This document shows, one piece after another, positions 14,098-26,102 of a stretch of DNA of 64,000 nt. The notes under the pieces are model-generated. The model saw nothing but the letters and a program-made list of their open reading frames with translations. It was not told where the DNA came from and did not search any database. The DNA comes from Paraspadella gotoi. Taxonomy: Eukaryota > Animalia > Chaetognatha. The stretch is taken from assembly GCA_051294375.1 (NCBI GenBank), contig CM119263.1:4515860-4579859 (forward strand), read 5' to 3'. The first letter of the stretch is position 1. Every line of letters starts with the position of its first letter. The position numbers and the translations under genes are program-made.

Positions 14098-14113
14098 CGT
14101 CCAGGTGGCGCTG
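14098..14113 (+). promoter_or_regulatory. CTCF-like motif (cgtccaggtggcgctg); similar motifs at 22436-22451 (+) and 43536-43550 (-)
   Basis: Match by eye to the CTCF core AG(G/A)TGGCGCT; short motifs, so chance occurrence is possible. Confidence 0.3.
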
Positions 14114-14241
14114 AGAAGAAGAGGAGTGGCAGAGGTGACGCGCGACATCTGCGGTCTGGCGTCATGGAATTATCCAGAGACTTTTCCGGTTTTTGAAGAA
14201 GTTTCCTTTAACGGAAAAAGCAAGAACTTCCGGCGGAGGAA

Positions 14242-14300
14242 TGACTTTCCGGCAGAGGGCTGACTTTCCGGCAGAGGGCTGACTTTCCGGCAGAGGGATG
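14242..14300. repeat. 19-bp minisatellite (tgactttccggcagagggc) x3
   Basis: Directly visible, with related cttccgg cores at about 14180 and 14227. Confidence 0.85.
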
Positions 14301-14441
14301 GCACGCGGAGGAAAAAATTGTTTAAAATTGTTATTTTTTTAAAGATTTAAAATTAATTTCACTTTTGATCGCCCCCCAAAATATCATCGAAAGAATCGTA
14401 AAACATCTTTTACATCATCAGCGGCGTCGTCTTACTTCATC

Positions 14442-14543
14442 AAAATCCTCGTTAAACCCGATAATCAATTTAGTTTCATATTAAGAGTAAAAATCCTCGT
14501 TAAACCCGATAATCAATTTACTTTTATAATAAGAGTAAAAATC
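14442..14543. repeat. 48-bp tandem duplication (aaaatcctcgttaaacccgataatcaattta...)
   Basis: Two near-identical adjacent copies. Confidence 0.85.
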
Positions 14544-15261
14544 TGTGAAAGAATAGCGACTCTCTTCTCTCCCCTTCTTTTCCCCACTTTCTCCTCTCTC
14601 CCTCTCCTCTTCCCACTCCTTCTCTCCCTCTCCTATCCCCACTCCCTCTCTCCCTTCTCCCCTTCAACATTCCCCCCCACTCGGTCCGAAGGGTCCCGAA
14701 CAGGCGGCGGCCATTAAATCTCGCAAATGTGCGCCCATGACAAATTCATAAAGCGGAAACGAGGCCAGAAATCACGCGGATGGCAAAAGTGACGCTTTTA
14801 GTGGCCGCAGCCTGCGGCTTCAAACCACTCCCTACCCATCCCCGGGCGTCCCGAGGAACCACCGCCACCGCAGCGCGCCGGGCAACATCTCCCGTCCGCC
14901 GATGCCATGCAAATGCGGGAAATGGAAAATGCGATGCGCAGCCCGGCGTTCTTGAGACCGGGAGAGGAAAGGGGGAAGAGAGGGGGGAAGAAGATAGCAA
15001 GGATATAAATGATAGGAGAAGAGACGAGAGGAGAGAGAGAGAGAGAAGAAGAGAGAGAGAGAGAGATATCTCGCGCTTCAGGAGCGAGACGCAGACTGAG
15101 CCTGAGAATGTATGAGTGCAGATACTTAAGCATGGATTGAGAGAGAGAGAGAGACATAACACATATACATTATCCATTTGTTTATCGAGGAACCAGATCT
15201 GGACCGAACAGACCAAAACACTCGTAAAGGAAGAATGAAGAGTATGTTTTGCACTACCTGC

Positions 15262-15302
<41 letters not shown>

Positions 15303-16480
15303 CTCTCTCTCATCTTCTCTCTCTTCTCTCTTCTCTCCCTACTCTCTCTCTCTCTCTTTCTTTGTCTTTTTTTTATCTCTTTATTTTCGAGATCATTTGA
15401 ATTCAAAAAATCATTATCTATAATCATCTTACGCGAAGTAAATATTTTGCCGGGATAAAAGTTTGCTTCTTTTTCCTATGCTATAGTCTTTCTCATCTTT
15501 TTCATTTCGCTATTCTTTCCTCCCTTTTCCTCTTCGTTGTTCTTTTCTCTTTCCTGCTCCTTTTATTGTTCCTTTTCTCCATTTTCCTCTTTCGTTGTTC
15601 TTTTTCTTTCATTCCTTTTTCTCCTCCTTTGTATATCGCTGGATCGGAATGGCCCTTTGAACGAATTCCGTGGCTCTCGATCCCCGCGCTCCTGTCTCTT
15701 CTTGCTCCCTCATACCCTTACTTACCCCTGAACTTATCCGCCTCCCTTTATCCCCCATTACGTTCTTCTCCTTCCCGTCCAGTATCCGAGTTCTCTCCCC
15801 GCTGCCCGGTCAGAAGAGTTACGATCGGCTGCGAAATAAACCCCCGATGAATCTGCCCCCGCAGTATTCTCGATCTGCTCATCTACGATGCTCTTGTCTG
15901 CATGACGCAGTGCACTGCCCAGCAACTGTATCCACTCAGATAGACTGGCCTCACGTGAGCGCGTCGGAGCTCTCAGCCCCTCTCTCTCTCATTNNNNNNN
16001 NNNNNNNNNNNNNNNNNNCTTAAACGTTTCTCCTTCCGATATCCGAGTTCTCCCCCCGTGCGGAAAGAGTTACATCCGGCTGCGAAAAAAACCCCGGATG
16101 AAATTAACGTTGAGAATTGAAGATGCGAGAGGAAAAGAGGAAATGTAAATAAACAAAAGACGCCGCAGGTTGAGTGTCTTTGTCCCTCCTTTCTCTATCT
16201 CGTTTGGGGGCCAAAGACTTTAATGATTCTCTCGTCTTTAATTATGATTATATTTAACTTTTGTTTGCGTTTTTCTTCTTCTTTTCGTTTCTCGTCGCTA
16301 GAGGGACGCGACAGCGTCGGGCTTCGGCCTTGAGACGGCCGGAAATTGCCGGATCTCTCTCTCTCTTTCTCTCTTCTCCTTTTCTCTCACTTCTCTCATC
16401 CTTATTCTCTTTTCTTTCTCTTTCTCCAAACTTACAAAATAAATCTCTCTCTCTCTCGGGATCTCGCTACTCTCCTTCAG

Positions 16481-16724
16481 TGAGTAGAGTGCTAGATTTG
16501 AGCACGTTCGTCACAGTGTGCGCGGTTCCGTGACTCGTGGTTGTAAGCATGGTCGCGGTGTATGAGCTAGTACGGGAGATTGCGGAGTGATTCTCTTCGA
16601 GAGTGCTTTCCATCGATGTCGAGAGAGTGTTGTGAGAGGTTACGCAGCAGTAGAGATATAGCGGATATAGTGTGGCTAGAGGATTGATTGATGTAGAATC
16701 GCGGTAATTACACGTAATTGATGC
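16481..16724 (+). CDS. Weak candidate for a heavily corrupted Ig1 C-terminal exon of the FGFRL1-like gene
   Basis: Acceptor ctctccttcAG and donor c|GTaagt. Fragments ARFR (gcg cgg ttc cgt) and NYT (aat tac acg) just before the donor resemble FGFRL1 Ig1 SRFRV...VNYTLVVL. There is no continuous ORF and the exon is longer than expected. Confidence 0.2.
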
Positions 16725-18097
16725 GTAAGTCTGCTCGGTCTCTCTCGTCGGTCTCTCTCTTCTCTCTCTCTTTCTTTCTTTAGTGAGGCTAATATCGAGG
16801 GAGAGCGAAGTTAGTGGGGGTGGTTGCTGGCGGGTCCGACCCCGGGGTCGCGTTTGATGAGACGCATTTCGGAAAGCGGGAGATGCATCCAGACGCCAGC
16901 AGATATAAACAGATGGCCCGAGATTCAAACAGATGTTTAGGAGGAATCGAAGCAGATGTCCGTCGAGGAAGCGTCCAGATGTTGAAAAAGGTTCTCCAGG
17001 TGCGATACAGGTGTAGAGGGCGGTTTTGAAGGTTAGGCAAGTGCAACGTATGTCGAGCAGGTGCGAGATTTACGATAAGACTTCACGTGAGTCAAGCGTT
17101 TGTTTTGGTTTCACTTTGGGGAGAACTCGTAGATGTTGTGAATTCGCATGAACTCTGTCCAAGTTTCAACAAAATCGGCTTTGCTTTCGTCGTCGTCGTC
17201 TTCGTCGTTAACATCGTCATCGTCGTTATTGTCGTCATCGTCGTCGTCATCATTTAATGTTTCGTCGTTTTCGTCTTAATTATCCTCGTCGTCAAATCTT
17301 CCTTCTCGCAAAAGCTTTTTGCGCTTAATTACGAATTAATGCGAAAACATTTTCGATAAAACTTGTCAACAGAAATCATCGTTAAAAAGAAGTTACCTTT
17401 TGAAGGTAATAAAGAAGAGAAACTCGGCTGTTGTTGTTGTTGTTGTCGTTGCCAGGACAGAAACGAAATGAAAAATAAAATGTAATTATTTTGAATAAAA
17501 GTTAGGGCAATCTTGTGATTGGTTGGTTTGATCCGGACTAAAAATAAAACGTTTTCGTTATTAAAAGAAACCTGCCTTCCTAATTTCGAATAATAAAACT
17601 TTCTTACTTATAACTATGAATTTATTCGCTTAAAAAAAATTAATAAACCAAAATTGTTATATTTCAGTTGACAGGTTAAGGGTAAAAAATGAAAGACAAT
17701 CACTTTGTCACACAATCACGAACGCGGGACTTATCGGGTCACGTCAACTGCAAATCGTCAAAAGAGATGACGACGAACGAAAAAAAGAAAATTTCGAGAG
17801 AAGAATAACTTAGCGACAGATGTTCATTCGATTGATGACGACGACGACAACGACGATGACGACGACGACGACGATATGTATAACAACGACGACAACGGAG
17901 ACCAAGATGAAGACAAAAAAATAGAGAAGAATAGGAAAGAAAATAAAAGAAAAGAAAAGAAAAGGGAGAGATTTAAATCAAAAAGGGCACAAACTGATAA
18001 GCTAATTAACGGGGATTGAGAAAATGAAAAACGAAAAACGTGGAAGAAAGAGAAAGAGAGAGAAAGAGAGAGAAAGAGAAAAGAGAGAGGGAGAGAG

Positions 18098-18159
<62 letters not shown>

Positions 18160-18377
18160 ATTGATTGATTTAATTGCTCATAATAATTAATAAAACACAT
18201 TACCAATCACAGGATCGTAAGAGAGCCGTACATGGATATTATGTACATACAAGTATGTAAAAAATATAAACAACAATTAAAAAATCATTAAATAAATAAA
18301 CGAGGAAATGTAATTAAAAAGCAAAATTCTATATACAGATCATCTTTAATTTATGATGGAACCTTTCATTTTTTTAC

Positions 18378-18409
<32 letters not shown>

Positions 18410-18751
18410 CGAGAAGACATAACCTGGATATCGTACGTGCGCTCAAGAATCGAATATTCGTTTGTAAGACTTTGCGAGCACAAAGGACTTTGTCTTTTGC
18501 CAAAAAAAAAAGGTTTTCTTTTTTTCTCCCCCGAACCACCCCGTCAACAACCCCACCTATCGCAAAAACAACCCCAACAACCACTACCGCACTATCCCAC
18601 CTTGGCTTCTAAGACCACTTCCCCCTTTCTCCCAGGCCACCTTTTAATCCTCTCTCTCTCTCTCTTCTCTCTCTCATATCTCTCTCCTCTCTCTCTCTCT
18701 CATTCTCTTCTCTCTCTCTCTCTCTTCTCTCCTATTTACTCTCTCTCTCTC

Positions 18752-18788
<37 letters not shown>

Positions 18789-19085
18789 CTCTCTCTCGGC
18801 AAATACGAAGCCATTTTCCAGAGACTAAAAAACTAATCAAGAAATAAAAAGGGGGAAACATCTCGGGCGAGATAAGCGGATGCCGTTCCAAAAGTCAACG
18901 GAGCAACTCTTTTCAGGCACCATAACCGTTGGGGAAAGGATGATGATGATAATGATGATGATGATGACGATGATGATGATGATGATGATGATGATGACGA
19001 TGATGATTTTGATGATAATAATGATGATTATGATGATAATAATGATTATGATGATGATGATATCGACCAAGAGGAAAATCTCTAT

Positions 19086-19178
<93 letters not shown>

Positions 19179-19887
19179 CATCCCACTCTTTTTCCGCATA
19201 ATCCATAAAATATTATTTCTATACAAATTACAGTTCCAGTTGTCTATGGGAAAATCTCACTCTACCAGTTGACATATTGACATGTTGACATGTTGACATG
19301 TTGACTGTTTCTACATTTACTTAAATAATACCTAAATCTTTTATCAAAACCGTAATCTCTAAACGTATCACTTCAAATCTCCACGACAAAGATTTTTTTC
19401 GAATTTCATTTTTTTCCATCTGACATCGAGCCACGCCCACCCACCATCTCCACCTCCCCCTTCCACCCTCCACTCCTACGCCCCTCTCTCCTCCCCCCCA
19501 TTTTTTCCATCTCAGTTGAAAAATTTTTCATTCGGTGAACGGAATTTGAGTCTTTGAAAAATTTCACTTAAGACGGAGAAGCGAGATTGAAATCTTTTGG
19601 CGTCTCGGTTGCCAATGGCGACGACGAAGACGACGACGCCCGGCTTTTCCCTTTTGTTTCACAAATTTTCTCGGCTTCGATTCAAATTCGAGTCAGAAAC
19701 TTTTTTCCCGCGAATTCGATTCTCAGCCAAAAGAATCGGATCGACGACATGTCGGCCGCCGCAGCCGACGACGCGGCCGCAGCCGCTGCCACACCACGCG
19801 GCCGCTGACGCCGCTGTCTCATAATTTTCAGTTGCACGTAACATGTAACAATTTGGACGGCTTTATTCTCCCAGAGCGATCCAATTT

Positions 19888-19971
<84 letters not shown>

Positions 19972-20395
19972 CCATTCGAAAATTTGGATTTTAGATTTTA
20001 ACTTCATTTAAATCCATTCAGTCATGATTGGACGTAATATGAGTTTTTAAATACATAAACAAATAAATTAAACACTCTTTTGCACCCGCAAATACTTCCT
20101 CTAATCTCTTTAAATTATTTCCATTTATCTAAAATCTATTATCCATAAAAAAAAGAACAAGATTTTTCTTTTTCACAAGAAAAAAAAGTCTTCAACTTCT
20201 TAATCGGTTCATCTCCTCCCAAATTTTCTCTTTCACGATTTGAGTGAATTTCCTTTCAATCGTTTCAAACTCGACGGCGGCGGCTCCTTTGATGTATGGT
20301 CGCCATCACAACTTCAAAGCTCAAAAGATTCCCTCACTTCACGAAGACTAATTTCGACTCCCAAAACTCTCATTTTGCTATAAAAGAGGAGGGCA

Positions 20396-20460
<65 letters not shown>

Positions 20461-21632
20461 TAGAAAGAGAGAAAAGAAAGAGAGAGAGACAAAGAAAGAG
20501 AGAGATAGAGACAGATCCATCTTCTTTTCCCCGGACTTTTTACGTCTCCCCCAAGATTCTCTCGCTCGCAATTTTGCTCTCTCGTTGTTGTGGGAATTTC
20601 TTTCGCCGCACTTACAGGGTTTTTATGGCGATTTACGTTTTCAACTTGGTTGTAAAGTTGAACATCCAACAGTTTAACAAATGTTTAAAACATTTTAAAC
20701 GGGGAATTAAGAATAAAACCAGTTAAGTCACTCAAATTTAGCAAATTGGCAAAGATGTTTGAATTCAATTCTTGCTCATTTTTGGGGCCAATCTTTATTG
20801 AGATAAATTGCGTCTGAAATCTTTCATGGAATTGAATGGATTTTGAAATTTTCGATCGTTGTCATTGCAATAACAATCTTGGTCAATTGGAATAACGATA
20901 TTGCTTACAAAGTCACTTATGCATAGGATTGTCTGTTTGCTACTGCTTGGCTGCTAAATTTTAGCTTTAAGCTACTCCTTAACCTTTTCAGGTTTTTATA
21001 CGTATCTAATTTACCAATTATAAGTTTTATTTTCTCTTTTCTTTTAATTATTTTTTTAAAATTTTATTTGGCTTCTTCTTTCTCTTCTTTTCATTTTTCT
21101 CTCTGTTACAAAATACTTTCCTCTCAAATTTTGGTCTAAAAACGACGTGAAAAGGAGAGAGATAAAAAAAATATAAAAACCTCGAACGTTGCATCAGAGA
21201 TGAGGAGAGAGGAGAAGAGAGAGATGCGAGAGAGAGAGAAAGAACGAGAGAGAGAGAAGTGTGTGTGTTAAGAGCAAAAAGGCGGGAGACAACGCCCCAG
21301 ACATCATTTCTCGACGTTCGTCTTTCCTCATGATCTATGGCTCAATTCTTTTTTTTACTTCGGGACGAAAACCTCTTTTCATTTGACGCCAAATTGTGAC
21401 TTAAATGGACCGCCTATTTTTTTTTCCTTCTTTCCCCTTCCTCTCTTTTTCTTTTTTTCCCCTTTCATTCTTACCTTTATTTTCTGCTCGTCTTTCTTTT
21501 TATTCCTCTTTTTTCTTTCCTTTCTTTTCAAACTTCGCTTTTTCTATTTTTTTTCTTTTCCCTCCTGCCTTTATTTTTTTATTTTTTTTCTTCCCGCCTT
21601 CCCCCATCATTTTTTTTCTCCTTCCCTCATCT

Positions 21633-21665
<33 letters not shown>

Positions 21666-22708
21666 TTCATCGTCGTCGTCGTCGTCGTCGTCGTCATCAT
21701 TATCATCATGTAGTTATTTTTATTTTATTTACTTACATATTTTTCCCTTTTTTTCTCTTATCTTTCTTCGCCTTTTTTCCCCGCTAATCTCTCTCTCTTC
21801 CATTATGCATTTTTCTCATTATTTTTAAAATTCTCTTTGTTTTCCTAATTTTTCTTTCCTGTTTTGGTTTTTCTTTCAAACGCTCACCTTAATTTTCTAA
21901 CTTTTTTCGAGTCTTTACTTTTTATTTTGCTTCAGTGTCGGAGAAACTATTACTTTCAAATGATTTAAAGTTTATGAAAACTCATTGTTGCGATTTTCCT
22001 ACATAAAATATTTAAGGAAAACAAAACAAAACAAAATTGTATATTTACCTTACTTATCTTTTTCTTTCTTTTTTTTTCTTTTCTCTTTCAAGTTTCCTCT
22101 TTATCCTCTTTGCTTATCTGAACCAACCTTCTGGGTCGAAGGAAGAAGCGAGAGAACAATTCGATAATGCGCCTTGTTAAAATGGAATGAGGAGGAGGAG
22201 GAGGAGATAGAGGTGGAGGAGGAAGAGGAGGAAGAGGAAGGAAAATAGTAAAAGGAGATTCAAAGAAAAGCGAAAGTTTATTAAATGAAAAGAAAACCAA
22301 AAAAACATGACGATGACGAAACAAGAAAGTAACTAAAACACCAAAGAATACAACAACAAAAAATTAATAAAATACAAAAAGAGTTTAATTCAATTTTTTT
22401 TTGTCAAGTTTTCCTTTTGTTTTCGATTTCACGCTGCGATAGATGGCGCTCATTATTTTCGGAGAGAGAGAGAATTAATAAAGGAATTATTAATTAATCC
22501 GGAGCACAGCAAAATGAGCAGCGAAGTAAAAAAAATAGGAATTTTTGTTTTACTCATAATAGAGGTAGAGAGAGAGAGAGAGAGAGAGAGACGAGGAGAC
22601 TGANNNNNNNNNNNNNNNNNNNNNNNNNNNNNNNNNNNNNNNNNNNNTTCATAAATAGAAAAGTTAAAAAAAAAACCAACTCAAACCATTTCTCTTTTCT
22701 TCTTTCAG

Positions 22709-22789
22709 GTCCCGGTGATTCTGCTTTGAATTCTCAGTTCGAAATGGACAACTCATACCCGATCGAAATTGGACGACATCTCTCCACAG
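22709..22789 (+). CDS. Candidate 81-nt symmetric (phase 1-1) linker exon of the FGFRL1-like gene
   Basis: Strong acceptor tctcttttcttctttcAG and donor ag|GTtggt. Open frame xPGDSALNSQFEMDNSYPIEIGRHLST in AT-rich surroundings. Position and phase fit an inter-Ig linker; no recognisable motif. Confidence 0.45.
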
Positions 22790-23889
22790 GTTGGTAGAGT
22801 GATTGATAAAGATAAGAGTAATGATTGCTAAAGATTTGATGAAGTGGTTGATTGCAATTTAGTGGATTGATCAATAGATATTTAAAGGACTGATTGGTCG
22901 AGATTTGTGAAGGATTTAAATTTAGAGAATTGTTAGTTTTTTTAATAAACAATTTTCAAAATGTATTATTTAATTCAATTATTTTCTTTTCTATTGAAAT
23001 TTTCTATTTTATTTTCAAAATTTTTAAATATTTGTAATAAGCCTGATCTAAAATTCTTTTCATAAACTCCTTTTTTTTAATTTTATACATGTATTGTAAG
23101 TTAAAAAGTTACCACATGACCAAAATAACATCAAAAACTTTAAATTATAAACTTCAACAAACACTTGTTAAAGAGCTTTTACAACATTTTTTATCTGAAT
23201 TGAGTCCCTGACTTTTTTTTTTGAAGGCTCAGATATCTGAATTTAAAGTTTTTTCCATTTTTTTGACCATTTATTCTAATTGGTTAAATTTTAATTTTAT
23301 ATATCTGGTATCTCATTGGTTGATAATAACTAGTGATGTTTTGATTTGTATTCTTGAAATGTGAACTCTTTGCTCTTGTTGATAATACAATTGTTTTGTG
23401 ATTCTAATGTAACCTCCTCATTGTTGAAAATAGTGATGTTCTGATTTGTATTCCTTGAAATGTGAACCTTCTCGTCATTGGTTGTTATAATTTTGTCCCT
23501 GTATATAAAAGGTCAGTAAATGCTTAATTTTTGGAAGATTCCTCTGAGACCATCAGGTATTAAATGATATTTATGAAATTATTTGAATATGTTAATTAAT
23601 TTTAAGTTTTTATGTAGTTTTGAGCTACTTCCGCGTCTCGGCTCTGCTGCTGCGTCTCTGCTCTACTGCTCTAATGTTCTCATCTGAATCTTAAATAAAC
23701 CCAAAGAAATCTCTTCAAACTTGTAATATAACATAAAATTTTGAGATATATCATCCAAGCTGAATAAATTATAAACGAAGAAATAACAGTAAAATTACAA
23801 TGAATAGATTGCATCAATTATAGTTCATAAATTTAAAACTTCAGTTTTCTGGTTCAATTTTCGAAACGCTCAAAGAGTTCGTTGCGGCA

Positions 23890-24412
23890 CTAAAATCTTG
23901 TGGCTCTCCCGCTACGGCGCCAGTGCTGCCGCCGCCGACCGACCTCTTCCTCCAACTCCTTGCAAGAGTGGAGAATCTCAATCGTCAGCCGCAGCTGCCT
24001 GTNNNNNNNNNNNNNNNNNNNNNNNNNNNNNNNNNNNNNNNNNNNNNNNNNNNNNNNNNNNNNNNNNNNNNNNNNNNNNNNNNNNNNNNNNNNNNNNNNN
24101 NNNNNNNNNNNNNNNNNNNNNNNNNNNNNNNNNNNNNNNNNNNNNNNNNNNNNNNNNNNNNNNNNNNNNNNNNNNNNNNNNNNNNNNNNNNNNNNNNNNN
24201 NNNNNNNNNNNNNNNNNNNNNNNNNNNNNNNNNNNNNNNNNNNNNNNNNNNNNNNNNNNNNNNNNNNNNNNNNGCGCCGGCGGAGGAAAAGTCGACGATA
24301 GCGAAGCCGCGATGGCGTTCGAAGCGAAGATCTTCGATGCGGCCGCCATCTTTTTCCATGAGTTTGCGAAAGGCGCCTTCGGGGATGTCGGTGGAAATGG
24401 GGCTGACGAAGA
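23890..24412 (-). CDS. Exon(s) encoding an RNA recognition motif (RRM) and short basic C-terminus, interrupted by an N gap (24003-24273)
   Basis: Long pyrimidine tract then cacaaAG. The frame xFVSPISTDIPEGAFRKLMEKDGGRIEDLRFERHRGFAIVDFSSAG has RNP2-like (xFVSPI) and RNP1-like (RGFAIVDF) motifs at canonical spacing. After the gap it reads RQLRLTIEILHSCKELEEEVGRRRQHWRRSGRATRF-stop, with a beta4-like RQLRL. High GC3. Frame across the gap cannot be verified. Confidence 0.75.
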
Positions 24413-24903
24413 CTTTGTGCGGAAATAATGAAAAAAAGGAAGGGGGGGGGGAAGGGAAGAAACAATCATTAAATGTATAATTGTCTATTAAAACTTTTTG
24501 TTAATATCGCTAAATTTTTGTTCGGAATAATGTATATACAATTTTAAAGTTTTAATAATTCAGTTTGTTTTTGATTTTAACTCTTTCACGAGCGAAGTGA
24601 ATTCAAAGTGATGTGATGTTTTCACGCTGTGAACAAATGTGAAAATGTGAAGTGGAAGCGAAGGAGTTAAGGAAAAAGGAAGAGAGGGAAAAGTGAATCG
24701 ATGGCGAACAAGCCAAGTTTCTCTTTGTCAAACTTTATCAAATTTGCTTTATATTCGTATTTTTAAAAAAACCTGGTTGTCTTTTAACGTTTTCAATAAA
24801 TCAAGAAAAATTATCCCTCCGTCCATATTTCTGTCAATTTTATTGAGTCAGTTGCTTTTGACTGATTTGTGAATGTGCATCCTACAAGAAATTAATAACA
24901 TAC

Positions 24904-24931
24904 CTGGCACGCAACGTATACGACTTACTAT
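24904..24931 (-). CDS. Candidate 28-nt micro-exon upstream of the RRM exon
   Basis: Acceptor ttttttcctAG and donor cag|GTatgt. Reading IVSRIRCVP+g ends in phase 1, joining the RRM exon as ...CVPVFVSPI. Based on splice signals only. Confidence 0.3.
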
Positions 24932-25299
24932 CTAGGAAAAAAGTATGACATTCAATTAATCAATAAAAAGTATATAAAACATTTTCAATATTTAATATTT
25001 TTTTTATATTAATTTTTATTTAACTTTGTTTAGATATATTTTTATATAACAAATTAAAGTATGATAGTGACAGCCTCCATATTGATGCTGTATATCTTTC
25101 CTTTTTTTCTAAAAATTATAATATTTTTTTGAATAAAAAAAAGTACAAAACTTTTATTTATTGCATCGAAGATGGCATCGGAATCAAAGAGAAAATATTG
25201 GAACTCGAGATCAGAACACAAGACCGGATCGGCGACTTCGGATGGAAATACACCGAGTACTTCTCTGTAATTGGATGAATCACCACCGAAATCAACCAA

Positions 25300-25540
25300 T
25301 AAGAAGATGGGCTTTTATGCCATCGGAGAGAAAGCCCGCATGTCGTTGATTCCGTTTACTCTGTAATAAATGACCGAGCATTTTCTCTGTATTGTGTTAA
25401 ACTGTTTCACGCCGTTCTTTGCTTGTGACTTTTGTCCACGAGAATAAAATCACCTTTTGGTTTCCATGTTAAAATCTCTGTCTACTTATATGTCGGTGGC
25501 CAGTGGTGTGGGAATTCGAACCCCGCCCCTCCGTCTACTT
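25300..25540 (-). mobile_element. Possible degenerate tRNA-derived SINE
   Basis: The - strand has ggggttcgaattcccac, a Pol III B-box/T-loop-like motif, at about 25507-25524, followed by higher-complexity sequence and a small hairpin gggctt...aagccc (25309-25337). No clear A box or cloverleaf. Confidence 0.25.
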
Positions 25541-25976
25541 ACAAATTATTGACAAATTTAATAAAAAAAAAAATGAAATTCTTTTAAAAATAAAACAAAT
25601 AATTAAATATTAAAAAATAGCCCTGATTGAAAGCTCGAATTTTATGACGCGAAACATGTCTGCTATGATACAAATAAAGATCTTGGTATAATTAAATCAA
25701 GAAATGTTTTTATCAAAAAAAAAAAAATTAAATAGTATTTTTTTATTAACCAGCTTAAGCATTAATTTTTTTTGCCTGTAACTGTTTTAAACCAATTTGA
25801 CCTATAAAAAAATAAAAAGCTACTAAAGAAAATTTAATATAGATTCAGAAAACATTTTTAATGTTTTTTTTAAATTAAATAAGTTTTATGTAGATATCTT
25901 ATCAACATAAATGTCATATACTTTTTTCCCAGATAGCTACTTACCATTTCCCTGTTCCTCCCACCGCGTTCGCCAG

Positions 25977-26102
25977 TAATCGAGGCCTCATTTCCCGTCG
26001 ACAAGGCCGAAGCGACTTCTCTACAACAAAAAAATGATGGGTTACGAAGTTACGCCCTCAAATGACGAGGACGAAGGGGCGAGCCGCATCCCCCCCGCCC
26101 AG
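25977..26102 (+). CDS. FGFRL1: Probable exon for the Ig1-Ig2 linker end and N-terminal half of Ig2 (FGFRL1-like), apparently corrupted by insertion errors
   Basis: Pyrimidine tract ending cgccAG (25976); donor cag|GTagtt (26103) is phase 0, matching VTWLKDG. Reads SRPHFPSTRPKRLLYNKKMMGYEVT, resembling the FGFRL1 RPRF...VGSSV segment. A shifted frame then gives LK and GEPHP; removing three single A bases yields LKCEARGEP. As written there is an in-frame TAA at the start and no first cysteine. Confidence 0.55.

Noticed and set aside
25145-25280. + strand frame YCIEDGIGIKEKILELEIRTQDRIGDFGWKYTEYFSVIG as an Ig exon
   Set aside because: Only a vague resemblance to YxCxAxNGxG; no acceptor or donor, and it ends in a stop.
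25500-25540. tRNA gene
   Set aside because: Only a B-box/T-loop-like motif; I could not build an acceptor stem, D arm or anticodon arm.
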